Notes under the pieces: generated by a model
Seen by the model: only the letters and a program-made list of their open reading frames with translations
Database searches by the model: none
Told to the model about the DNA's origin: nothing
DNA from: Malacoraja senta
Taxonomy: Eukaryota
NCBI GenBank assembly: GCA_038087875.1
Contig: CM075977.1
Span: 224,192,001-224,256,000 of the forward strand
Reading direction: 5' to 3'
Length of the DNA: 64,000 nt
Made by a program: the position numbers and the translations under genes
In this document: piece after piece, positions 25,799 to 38,982 of the stretch
How positions within the stretch are numbered: position 1 is the stretch's first letter
Layout of the letters: every line of letters begins with the position of its first letter

Positions 25799-27389
25799 TC
25801 AGGATCGAACCCGTGTCTCTGGTGCTGTAAGGCAGCAACTCTACCGCAATGCCACCGTGCTGCCGTAGTTCCAGTCAGATAGTTGACTTGAGTCAGATAG
25901 TTGTTCTTCATTCGAGTATTTTGAAGTCCTGTCAGTCATCAGCTGGTCATTCATTGTTGCCCAATCTCCACTTTCTCCTCAATCCTCAGCACCTGCACCA
26001 ACATTCCTCCCCCACGCTCCCACCATCTGCCAAGTAATTCAAATTCAGCTGTACTTGCACAATTCACACCAGCGAGCTCAAAACAAGTACAAAAACTGTT
26101 GGTATACTGCTATCCTCTGGCAATGGTAATCAGGTCATGGAAATTGGCACTGCCCTCCGAATGGGAGATCCATGCTTTTCAGTACAAATAGCCTAGGGAA
26201 GCATGCAATGAATGAAACTAGACCACATCAGAAAGTGGAAGGGATGGCACCACAAAAGATCAGAGAGTGCGCATGTTTGGAGATCCCGAAGGTGGCCAGG
26301 CCTTAAAGTGAACATGCCTGTGAAATACCACAAGAATACCAAAATGAAAACTGCATACTTTGTGCATGAGAGAGATGCTGAAGCCATAACTCCCCTGGTC
26401 TGTGTGTAGTTGGATGACGTGAGTAGTTCTAATAAAAATGTATACTTGCATTTATATAGTCCCTTTAACCATCTCAAACTATTTTTAAAACATTTTACAA
26501 CCAATGACATACTTCCGCATTCAGTCACTGTGGACTGCACTGCACAGTGGATTTATACTTTATAGACAAAATTAGTGACACAAAATAATTAAAAAATATA
26601 ATTAATGTGTTGTCATTTTTATTGATATTGGCCTACTGTAAAGCAGCGTAATAACTGTGGCAAGCATTATTTGGGTATCTTGGTTTTCTGTCTTTAGAAT
26701 GGTTGGTTGCTCCTTCCTGACTAATAATGCCAGCAGGCAGATATTTGAGACTATCAGGATGATTAATCAACCAGATTCTGATTTTTTTATGGCATTTATT
26801 AGAATATGACACAAAAATCTGAGATTCAGTATGGACCATATGCCACATATAAGGCCATTATTTAATAAATCAATATATGAATATAAAGGTAGATGATGGG
26901 CAGATAGAAATGATAAATATGGTCTATTTAAATATAGTTCCTGTACAGTGACCATTTTCCTCTGTTTCCGTTGTGGCTTTCCTGGATACACACTCCTTGA
27001 ATCAAGATATCCAAACTATGTAAATGTTACTATTCTTACCCTGGCGTGTTCTAACTATTTCTTTCCATACTGTAAAATATACAGGAAACAGAAGAATGTA
27101 CAGAGAAACCACAAATGAAATAAATTATGACAACTAGGGAAACCTGTAGAATTGAAGTCTGATTATCTGTAATTTATCTTTTTATGAATTGCATTGTTAA
27201 ACCTGGGGTTCGGTGAGATTATCATTACAGAGATTCAGTGGCAAACATCACTGAACCTCCATAGGATTATTACATCAGATGGCAGCCATAGCTAACTAGC
27301 CAAACACACCTCTGAGTCAGATAGTTTGAATCTAGTGATTTTCCAGTGGTTTGAGCATATAATTCTATCTGACTTTTAAATGCAATATT

Positions 27390-27722
27390 TAGGGTCTGCT
27401 GCACTGCCTGAAGGCACTTTTTTGGAAGAATCGTTAGACTGAGGAACCTCAGCATTCGCAGGTGGATGTAAAAGATACCATGACAGCTTTAAAAGCATTG
27501 CATGAGAATTCTGTCAGGGATTTTAGCTGTTATTTATCCTCAATAAACATCAATAAAATGATTAGCAAGCAATTATAACCTTGCTGTGCATGGACTCTTA
27601 CAGTGCAGAGACCAGCTGCATTACCACAGTAACTACATTTCGAAAATACTTTGCTGGCCGTAAAGGTCTTTGATATGTTGAGGTCACAACAGCCACTATA
27701 TCAATACACATTTATTTTCTTT
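27390..27722 (+). mobile_element. Ancient Deu-domain SINE (SacSINE1/AmnSINE1-like)
   Basis: Collinear with the recalled Deu consensus: GCTGCACTG...CAGGTGGATGTAAAAGAT...TATTTATCCTCAA...ACTACA...TGGCYGTAAAG...CTATAT. A minus-strand tail fragment of the same type lies at about 26420-26545. Confidence 0.7.
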
Positions 27723-30700
27723 GAGCTTTCATTACGTGTCCAATCTCTACTGATTGCTGTATTCAGATAAAATTTCAATTTTTTTAATCAGTCATTAACT
27801 TGGTTACATTTAATGATTTAATGAATTAATTAATATGGTACTGAAGTATGTTATCAGAGACATATAGACTGTTAAAGTGGTATGGCACAATGGACCCACA
27901 GCATAATGAATTGTGTGGTGTGCCTAAGCAAGCAGACCTGAATGAATAATGTGAGGTCAACTGATTGCAATTGTTCTGTTTAAAAAAAATAAAAGCTGAG
28001 GCATTGTCATCCTATATTTCATAGTTTATGGACAGCAAGGTTATAATTGCTTGCAACATCATCATCCTATAGTTCGTAGCTTATGGACAGGTTAACAACA
28101 TGCTGCATGATGTCGCAGTGTAGAGGAAAACACTGTGTCCAACTAATACTCCTTAAACCTCTGGGCTCATTAGAACCCATGCTGACCCAACATTGCCGGA
28201 ATTGTACTTTGTCAGGTTTCTAAAATAACACCATAAGCTTTCAATATTATGTTTTAGGTCCCCAGAAGACACATGTAATGGAGTATTAGATGACTTTGTG
28301 GATACAAAACTTCTCAAAATAAACCACAAGAGGCTACCTACAAGTAAGAATAATTTATAAGAACATAAGAAATTTAAATGGAGTTCAAAGCCCATCAAGT
28401 CTGCTCTGCTGATCAATGAGATCATGACTTTTCTCCTACAGTCGATGTGCTCCTTGTGAGAAAAATGCTTTGCCACTTACTTCAAAATGGCATGTTTCAT
28501 TTAACATTTCTTCCTATGCTGACTGCCCAAAACAAATATGCAATTACAACTTAGATGAAAACATTCCAATATTTCAATTCTTCTTAAGTTCAATGCTTAC
28601 CAAGGCTGCCAACTGCTCTGCCTCTTCAAATATCATTCTCAAAGCTGCCATTTTGCTCCCTAAAAAGCCATCTTTGACACTCTGAATGCCTTAATTTCTC
28701 CCTTCTCTCTGAACTGCTGAGATCTTCCCTCTAACAAGTAAATTCCTATCCCTTCCTCTTTGAATTCCATTAATATAACCCTCACTAGTAGGCTGAGATG
28801 CATTTCATGTGTTAAATGCGCTTTTTATGCGAAAGAGCATACGTGCAAACAACATTAAGAATGTAGCAACCCACTTCAGATAATATCACAGATCATTTTA
28901 AAATTAGTGAAAGTGATATATTATCTCTGTCCACTCCTGTGTAGTTTAAGACTCAATTATTTCTACCACCTTTCTTCTCTATTATTCCATTATGACAGTT
29001 ACATTTCTAATGGCGCCTCCTCCCATGTTCTGCTGGTTGCTCCACTGTATCTCAACATGATATGCTTGTACCATTAAAAGAAACAGAAAATGCTGGAAAT
29101 GCACAGAACACAGAAGCACCAGTGGAGAGAAAAAGAGATTTAACATTTCAGGTTAATGACCTTTATCTAGAACAAGGAAAAGATCTTTTCAAGTTTTTAA
29201 TCCTTGGACTATTCTTCATTTATCCATTATTCCTTGACAACATTAATTGTATTAATAAGATAATAGAGACATATCTTTATCTTTCTGTCATCATAAAACA
29301 ATTTTCACTGTACAGCTTTTCTCTTGCAAATGAGCCAATTTATTTTAAAATTGTACTACTGCAATGAGTGAAGTTATCTTGTATAAAGCCTAACGAAAAT
29401 TCAATGTTATAGCTCGTTCCTATTTTCTAATTTTTGATCAAGATTCTAGTATCTGCAGTTTCTTCCTTCACCATCCCATTTGGTCCATGTTTTCTAGGAA
29501 AGATAACATTTATCTCAATTGGAAGCATTCTAGATGCTTACGTTGCAGCATGCAACTTCCAAGCATGTAAGGTGATTCATCAAACAGATTTGAAAGCTGT
29601 TTTAGAACAATGATTGGTCAGCAATGTTGAGTTAATGTGATTCATGTTCTGGCCAGTTGCTTTGCATCCGGCAGTTTAACCAGTTATACCTGAATAAAAA
29701 CATTTCTACTGCAAGGTAGGGGACACCTTATTCTTTCATTTTTCTAAGCTAGGAGGGAAAAGAGAAAATTGTCAACCACCATAGTGGCTTTAAGGGCATG
29801 TTGGCATCATTAAATATCACACTCTCTCTCCTCCAACATCCTATTTGGGGCTTAAAGAACCAACTTTCTAGAACACCATCAGTGAGTTGGCTAAGTTGTA
29901 CATTTCATATTGAAAAGTTATTATTTGTGGTATATTTTGAGGTTAATCTGTGGATTTTTCTATTCATTACTTATTTTGAAGGCTCCCATTCAAAATTGAC
30001 TTTTGTTTGTTCCATATTCCTTCCTACTTTATATCAAATAATAAATAAATGTAATATTTTATGACAAATACACTTTTGGGATTGAAACAGTACCAAGCAT
30101 TGCAATGTTTGGGAACAAAATGCCTCTATCAATAGCTTTGTAAGCTGCTTGCAATGATCTAACTATTGACTGTTATGTGTGTTCACAAAAAGGAAATGTA
30201 CTTCTATGAAATCTTCCTATATATTGAGCAAGGAGGGTTTGGATTATGTATAAGTGAACTGGAAAGAATGAATGTTTTCCATAATCAATAAATCATTAAT
30301 ATAAATGCAACATGAATATGAACAAGCATCAACCTGAAATGTTTACTCTGATGTATAGGAAAGAACTGCAGATGCTGGATTAAATATATTGAAGTTACTA
30401 TAAAATGCAAGCGATGTAGATAAATGAATTGTCTACCTAGATAAATTAATTGTGTAGGAAGGAACTGCAGGGGTTGGTTTAAACCGAAGATAGACACAAA
30501 ATGCTGGAGTAACTCAGTGGGACAGACAGCATCTCTGGAGAGAAGGAATGGGTGACGTTTCGGACCCGAAAACGTAACACATTCCTTCTCTCCAGAGATG
30601 TTGCCTGTCCCGCTGAGTTACTCCAGCATGTTGACTCTGATTATCTTTTCACAGATGCTGCCTGACCTGGTGGGCAGGTTCAAAGTGTTCTGCTTTTTTT

Positions 30701-31221
30701 AATTAGATTTCAAGTATCCATACTATTTTGTTTTCACTTGTTGATATTCAGATAGTTAGTGAATCAGTTGATTGCCCACTTAAACAAAAGCAGACCTTTT
30801 GGAAAAGATGGCCTAACAGACCACCACAAAGTCTTATAATGGAAGACAAATTTGCTGCAAGCAAGACAATTTTTATAGATTTACCTACCATACATTATCT
30901 ATAAATTCATGGCAGTCCCCTTTTATTTTCACCAATCTGGTTAATCTGAGATTTTACGCCTCCATTACCAACTTTGTATTTGGGGATGTGATACAAGCTG
31001 ACAATTCATAATGCAGTAGAATTCAAAGTATTTTCAGTATAAACTAAATTTAGCAAAAGCTTGTCAAAGCTTCTAGGATTTTGCAAGTCAGGGATGCCAC
31101 ATCACAAATATATTCACATCCAGCTCTGTTACAATTGCCTTTGAATCTTGAAAACTCGATTATCAAGCTTGCTTTGGAAGCATGCTTGTGGAAGCAAGAG
31201 TTCAAGAAAAGAGATGATTTA

Positions 31222-31446
31222 AGGGCCTGTCCCACTTGGCCGTCATTTGTGCGTCACGCAGATGACGCGCGAAGATTTTGTACATCACAAAATCCTGCGA
31301 CGTAGCGCGCGGCCACGCGTCACTGCCTATGTCATCGCGCACCATGCGCGCATCACGTGCATGTTACGACGCGCGGGTCGTGCGTGTGACGCGTAAATGA
31401 TGTTGCGTAAATTACGTGCAAATGATGGCCAAGTGGGACAGGCCCT
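31222..31446. mobile_element. Harbinger-derived MITE, 225 bp
   Basis: TIR AGGGCCTGTCCCACTTGGCCRTCATTTG with TTA TSD. Confidence 0.93.
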
Positions 31447-32850
31447 TTAGGAAACAATTTATCAAAACATAAACAAACGATCTGCTTTCTTGGCATCAAG
31501 TACAAAATCAAAATTATCCAGCTTGTTCAAACGTATATACCAACTCCTCAACTCAGGCCAATGATCTCAACTATTAAGCCAGAATTATTCAAATTTTCCC
31601 AGTTGACGTTGATTGGCCTGAGATGAATCAATTCAAACAAATTAAGGTCAGCTATGATTAGCAAATTAAGCTAAGTGATGTTCCCAAAGCTTGGAGCACT
31701 CATTTTTGATATTATTATCATCAACCCTACACGTGATATGGTAGAGTTACTCCTGTGCCCTGGTACTTGCTCTGAAGAAAATAAGCATGTTGAAATCTTC
31801 TCTTTGACAATCTGTTGCAAGACAATAAATTACCACTAAAGATCAGTAAAATAGATAATTGGAAGTGTGGAGGAATCAGGCCAATGTTCCTGATGGTTTC
31901 ATTGATCTCCTACCATACATTCACCAAGACACAAAGTGTGAAAGAAACCCCAGGAAATTCCACAGCATAGGCATCGTTAACTACAGTTCTCTTAAGTGCA
32001 TTATATGTTTTATTATATTGAAGTTACTATAAAATGCAAGCGATGTAGATAAATGAATTGTCTACCTAGATAAATTAATTGTGTAGGAAGGAACTGCAGG
32101 GGTTGGTTTAAACCGAAGATAGACACAAAATGCTGGAGTAACTCAGTGGGTCAGACAGCATCTCTGGAGAGAAGGAATGGGTGACGTTTCGGACCCGAAA
32201 ACGTAACACATTCCTTCTCTCCAGAGATGTTGCCTGTCCCGCTGAGTTACTCCAGCATGTTGACTCTGATTATCTTTTCACAGATGCTGCCTGACCTGGT
32301 GGGCAGGTTCAAAGTGTTCTGCTTTTTTAAATTAGATTTCAAGTATCCATACTATTTTGTTTTCACTTGTTGATATTCAGATAGTTAGTGAATCAGTTGA
32401 TTGCCCACTTAAACAAAAGCAGACCCTTTGGAAAAGATGGCCTAACAGACCACCACAAAGTATGATAATGGAAGACAAATTTGCTGCAAGCAAGACAATT
32501 TTTATAGATTTACCTACCATACATTATCTATAAATTCATGGCAGTCCCCTTTTATTTTCACCATTCTGGTTAATCTGAGATTTTACGCCTCCATTACCAA
32601 CTTTGTATTTGGGGATGTGATACAAGCTGACAATTCATAATGCAGTAGAATTCAAAGTATTTTCAGTATAAACTAAATTTAGCAAAAGCTTGTCAAAGCT
32701 TCTAGGATTTTGCAAGTCAGGGATGCCACATCACAAATATATTCACATCCAGCTCTGTTACAATTGCCTTTGAATCTTGAAAACTCGATTATCAAGCTTG
32801 CTTTGGAAGCATGCTTGTGGAAGCAAGAGTTCAAGAAAAGAGATGATTTA

Positions 32851-33075
32851 AGGGCCTGTCCCACTTGGCCGTCATTTGTGCGTCACGCAGATGACGCGCG
32901 AAGATTTTGTACATCACAAAATCCTGCGACGTAGCGCGCGGCCACGCGTCACTGCCTATGTCATCGCGCACCATGCGCGCATCACGTGCATGTTACAACG
33001 CGCGCGTCGTGCGTGTGACGCGTAAATGATGTTGCGTAAATTACGTGCAAATGATGGCCAAGTGGGACAGGCCCT
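32851..33075. mobile_element. Harbinger-derived MITE, second copy created by the tandem duplication
   Basis: Same element and same flanks as 31222-31446, offset by 1629 bp. Confidence 0.93.
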
Positions 33076-33810
33076 TTAGGAAACAATTTCTCAAAACATA
33101 AACAAACGATCTGCTTTCTTAGCATCAAGTACAAAATCAAAATTATCCAGCTTGTTCAAACTTATATACCAACTCCTCAACTCAGGCCAATGATCTCAAC
33201 TAATAAGCCAGAATTATTCAAATTTTCCCAGTTGACGTTGATTGGCCTGAGATGAATCAATTCAAACAAATTGAGGTGAGCTATGATTAGCAAATTAAGC
33301 TAAGTGATGTTCCCAAAGCTTGGAGCACTCATTTTTGATATTATTATCATCAACCCTACACGTGATATGGTAGAGTTACTCCTGTGCCCTGGTACTTGCT
33401 CTGAAGAAAATAAGCATGTTGAAATCTTCTCCTTGACAATCTGTTGCAAGACAATAAATTACCACTAAAGATCAGTAAAATAGATAATTGGAAGTGTGGA
33501 GGAATCAGGCCAATGTTCCTGATGGTTTCATTGATCTCCTACCATACATTCACCAAGACACAAAGTGTGAAAGAAACCCCAGGAAATTCCACAGCATATG
33601 CATCGTTAACTACAGTTCTCTTAAGTGCATTATATGTTTTATTATATTGAAGTTACTATAAAATGCAAGCGATGTAGATAAATGAATTGTCTACCTAGAT
33701 AAATTAATTGTGTAGGAAGGAACTGAAGTGTTGGTTTAAACCGAAAATAGACACAAAATGCTGGAGTAACTCAGTGGGACAGACAGCATCTCTGGAGAGA
33801 AGGAATGGGT

Positions 33811-33838
33811 GATGTTTCGGGTCGAGACCCTTCTTCAG
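33811..33838 (-). ncRNA. Minimal hammerhead core, AUC variant
   Basis: CUGAAGA-A-GGGU(CUCG)ACCC-GAAACAUC. The core is intact but the stem III palindrome is altered. Confidence 0.5.
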
Positions 33839-34316
33839 ACTGAAAGTCATGGGAAAGGGAAACGAGATGCAAACAATCCAAGTTTCTCCAACCACTATCT
33901 GAATATGTATCATTCTCTGAATATATGATTATGTCTTTCAATTATATAGAATTAGTATGCATAGATTTGGGAGCAAGACATCATCAGCTGAAGCAAAAAG
34001 CTACATTTCTTCTGAAATAAACTCCACATTTTAAATACAAATTTAGTGAATCAAAAGATTTTTTGAAATATTTGAACTTTAGTTCATCAAGTATGTATGT
34101 AGCATATGTTTAAATAAATGCCCATACAATCCCCATTAGTGTATTATCCCAATTCTACCTTTGACAGTTAATAATATTTTTGTTCTGTTTTTGTAAGGTA
34201 AACGGATACATCTGAGAAAATGTAGATCTATTATCTGTAAACATAAGCACCAGTTGCATGGCTAAATGTACGAATCCTTAACAGAAAGAAAAATAAATAT
34301 TTTTATGTAATCCTAC

Positions 34317-34637
34317 CTGGAAGACCTTTTGCCCACTTCACGATTCGAACCATCTGTTTCTCAGCCAACCTGTTCAAACTGGACAACAGGTAATTGGTTG
34401 TGTCTGCTTGACTGCTGTCGTAAGATGCATAAACGACCTCAGGTTCAATGGCTTCGAGAATGGTGATCAGCGACGGGTTCACATGGGGTGGCATAAGTGA
34501 GAAATGGGGAACAAGAGTGGTGCTTCCACTTGGTTCTGGCAAAGTAGCAGTGAACATGATCCCTTCTTTAGGGCTGTGCGGAGGTTGCTGCTCTTCATGC
34601 AGCCCTTTCACCTTTCCCAGTTTCTTAGACTTCCGTG
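34317..34637 (-). CDS. NR3C2: Mineralocorticoid receptor hinge and LBD helices 1-3 (exon 5 equivalent)
   Basis: [17 protein letters not shown]...[44 protein letters not shown](G). The ARKSKKLGK and LNRLA motifs match MR rather than GR, PR or AR. Acceptor ccctcag, donor gtagga. 321 nt, phase 1-1. Confidence 0.96.
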
Positions 34638-34746
34638 CTGAGGGAAAAGAAAATAAATATATTTTGTTAGCATTTCGACTTTGACCGCAGAAACTGTACA
34701 TCTAAACTTCTGTGCATGTAGATTAAAAGTCAGTCCATTTTCATGT

Positions 34747-34963
34747 GTTGGAGAGAACTGCAGATGCTGGTTTGAATAGAAGGTAGACACAAAATGCTGG
34801 AGGAACTCAGCGGGATAGGCAGCATCTCTAGAGAGAAGGAATGGGTGACGTTTCAGATTAGACACTTCAGACTGAAGAAGTGTCTCGAACTGAAACGTCA
34901 CCCATTCCTTCCTCTCCAGAGATGCTGCCTGTCCCGCTGAGTTACTCCAGCATTTTGTGCCAA
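34747..34963. mobile_element. Penelope pLTR-derived palindromic insert
   Basis: Inverted arms centred on TTCAGACTGAA and a flanking duplication CAGTCCATTT(T)CATGT. Related inserts at about 4940-5030, 14597-14742, 23260-23402, 30451-30632, 32080-32261, 33709-33860, 36044-36240, 43478-43607, 50556-50700, 52843-52935, 57612-57703, 57772-57861 and 60451-61049. Confidence 0.88.
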
Positions 34964-35678
34964 CAGTCCATTTCATGTTGATTTAGTATTTACAGACAGT
35001 ACACCAAACAGATCATTTATTATCTCTCTGAAATCTCTTACACCAAGAGATCTATTTGGAAACAGAGCAATTCAGGGCACATAACCACTGCTCTCTCACT
35101 TTCTCTCCAGCAGTCTTTCAGAGAGACACTTTGGGGTGTGGTAATAGTGAGGTCCATCAGAATGGGATGCACTGGGCAAACAAGAAAGTGAGCAACCAGA
35201 AATAATTTGTAGAAGGGAAGACCAGAGCATGATGGATGCTCTTCAAAACTACAACCTATTTCACAATGTCTCCTTGTAAAATAATGCTTATTGAACTGTG
35301 GGTGCCAGTGGCAACCTTTGATGGAATCCAGTGCCTCACAGAACATTGCTGGATCGGGTTGCCTACCAAAGATTTATATTTATCTTTGGGAAACACATTC
35401 CCCACTCAAATATTCCATCATCAGCCAATTACACAAAACCTGCCCTCACCCACTATGGAAAATCCAATACACCTCAACAGAATGGCTGCACATTGGTACT
35501 AATTATTAATCTGGTGCTCCCCTCCCCTTCTAAAGTAATATGGCATTCTTGATTCCCAGTATGTTCATAAGAAGTTTTGATTTACTTCTTATTTCAAAAA
35601 CTGCTTGGCCTATTTTCCCTTAAACTGCCTTATTCTTCCATCGTTTTTGATCTATCCCACCATCTAGTTTAGGTCTAA

Positions 35679-36373
35679 AGGGCCTGCCCACTTACGTGTC
35701 CTTGGCACGCAAATTACGCGACCTCGTCGTCGCGTTGAGGCGCATGGGCATCGTATGGCCGCACGGGGCCGGTCCCACTGAGAAGCGCGGAGGGGTATGT
35801 AGTTGTGCGCGATATCGCACGGCGCTCCGAAATTTTGTAGCGAACGAAATCTACACGTGCCAACGGCCTGTCGCGTAACTGACGGCCAAAGTGGGACAGG
35901 CCCAAGACCCTGGCGCAACGCAACGTCTCACCTCCAACAGCGGCAGAAGCAGGCAAACGATCGCCGAACTCGGCCTGGGGCTCATGGCCGTTGTGGATCC
36001 GGATCCGCCCCCAACTTCTACTCCCAGAGCGGGGCCAAGAAAATTGAAGATAGACACAAAATGCTGGAATAACTCAGCGGGACCGGCAGCATCTCTGAGA
36101 GAAGCAATGGGTGACGTTTCGGGTCAAGACCCTTCTTTCAGACTGAAGAAGAGTCTCGACACGAAACGTCACCCATTGCTTCTCTCCAGAGATGCTGCCG
36201 GTCCCGCTGAGTTACTCCTGCATTTTGTGTCCATCTTCAAATGACTTCACGCGCTCCAGACGGCTGTGCGGGCGCATGAAATCGCGCGCGACCTTCGCGG
36301 GACCGTCGCGCCTCAACGCGACCACGAGGTCGTGTAATTAGCGTGCCAAGGACACGTAAGTGGGACAGGGGCT
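35679..36373. mobile_element. Composite Harbinger MITE with ~70-bp TIRs
   Basis: TAA TSD. Left end nearly identical to 8994-9119. Extra internal right TIR at about 35888-35903. Carries a Penelope-derived palindrome at about 36044-36240. Confidence 0.9.
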
Positions 36374-36967
36374 TAAAGGTGTTCAGCAGATGGACATCAG
36401 TTCAGGCTCAACATTCGTAGGGCAAATTTCCATCCCAATGTTAGCCTCCCGAATTAATTTTATTCCGAAGCACATTCACACTTGAACATTGGGGCCTTGA
36501 GAGCTCTCTAGTGGGGGAAGTCTTGTCAAATATTCTTTGGTTATATGCAGAACAATAAAACAGATACATCTGACATGATTCACATTATAGTCACATACAG
36601 TCATTTCAGCAGAGAGGATTTACTTGATAAACCTAGAAATAGAAACACAGAAAACATGTACAAGAGTAGGCCATTCAGCCCTTCGAGCCCGCACCGCCAC
36701 TCAACATGATCATGGTTGATCATCGTAAATCAGTACCCCATTCCTGCTTTCTCCCCCATATCCTTGGATTCCGTTAGCCCTAAGAGCTATATCTAACACT
36801 CTCTTGAAAACTTCCAGTGAATTGGCCTCCACTGCCTCTGTGAAAAAGAAAAGGAAGTTTCAGTAGAGTGAAAACTTACGTTCCAAATCAGATGGCCATG
36901 TATAATAGTGGATCAAAGGGCAACTGGAAACGTAAGCAACTAAAATTGGCTCTGACTGTTGTGGGAG

Positions 36968-37432
<465 letters not shown>

Positions 37433-38982
37433 TTATGTAAAAAAATTCACAAAAATATTTCAGCAGAGATAAGGGATCTAACCAGTTTAAGTTTATAGTT
37501 CCAAGAATTCCATGGACATTCAATACAATACAAAAATACATATATATACCATGTGCAATATTGAAATATGCACCAAAAACAGAATACATAGAATTAAATA
37601 GACAATAGACAATAGGTGCAGGCCCTTCGAGCCAGCACCGCCATTCAATATGATCATGGCTGATCATCAACAATCAGTACCCCATTCCTGCCTTCTCCCC
37701 ATATCCCTGACTCCGCTATCTTAAGAGCCCTATCTAGCTCTCTCTTGAAAGTATCCAGAGAACCGGCCTCCACTGAGGCAGAGAATTCCACACTCACAAC
37801 TCTGTGTGTGAATATTTGAGAGGCATTGAATATTTGACAGGCGACCCCCGCATTACAGCTGTCCAGGTTATGGAGATTCATCCTTTCACAAATCACTGCT
37901 CAAAGATTTGAGATACAGACCAAAATTCGCTCTCGAGGAATTTATGTTAATTAATTAACACTTTTTTTTCCAATTTCCATCACGTCACATGCTCAGAATT
38001 AGGTTGGCTTGTCATTAAGGAAAATTGCAACATGTACCATTTTTTAAGAATGTAACTCCCCTTAATCCAAGGTCACCTTTATTGTGCACAACCAATATTG
38101 GATTCATCAAAGTGATTGATTGTATTGTTAGAGAATGGAATCTTTCCATTCCTTTACATATTTCCAGATTCAATTTCCAATTTCCTTATCAAATATTCCT
38201 TAGCCAGCTACAGAGCATGCAGATGATGGATGAGGCTTGCTCTCCGCTTTCAATGAATGAAACCTTTACTTTGTTTATACCCTCAAACTCTTTCCTTCTG
38301 CTATAGTTTAAATGAGACTGGATTGAAAAAAATGATCTTCAGGGGCTTGATAGAGTGGATGTGGAGTGGATGTTAGCTATTATGGGAGAATCCACAATGA
38401 AGGGTATCCACTGAAGACTAAGATGCGGTGAGCTTTTGGAATTCGCTTCTTCAAAGGACTGTGAGTCTTCGAATATTTTTAAAGTCAAGGTGGATAGATG
38501 CTAGATAGGAAAAGGGTCTATAAGTTACCTTGACTATGACCTTTAATGTGTAGTTGAGGTTACGGTCAGATCAGTCATGATATGATTGAGTACGTTGAAG
38601 GTGCCAACACATACTCTTCTTCCATATGTTAGTTTAGATGTTTGTACACAGTCAATGAGCAAAAAAACAGGTCTCCAATGCCTATAGCCTAATTTGGCAG
38701 CTGTATAGTAAATATGCAAAAATGAGGGAAACAGAGGTCACTTGATTACATTTTAATAGTGAGGGAACAATAGTGTGTCACCCTGATGCTTTTGTTTAAA
38801 GATCCTGTAAACATTCTCAAGTGTGCAGTTCCGAGAACAGTGTTGTCCGTTTTCCCTTACACTGATGTCCACTGTCAGTTTTAGTATGATTCACTCTGAA
38901 GTCAGCAGCTTCAAATTCCTGGGCGTTAACATCTCAGATTACCAGTCCTGGACCTCGCCATCCCTCTTCACCCTCCCTCTTC

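Larger units (their letters stand above)
24299..25865 (-). mobile_element. tRNA-derived SINE (HE1/V-SINE-like) split by the TAG...CTA element
   Basis: Head with A/B boxes (GGTTCGATCC) at 25800-25865. Tail stem-loop plus (AAACT)n at 24299-24340. Confidence 0.85.
30385..33820 (+). repeat. 1629-bp tandem duplication, about 2.1 copies
   Basis: Unit starts TATATTGAAGTTACTATAAAATGC at 30385, 32014 and 33643. Identical ORF pairs are offset by 1629 bp. Roughly 15 differences counted by eye. Confidence 0.97.
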
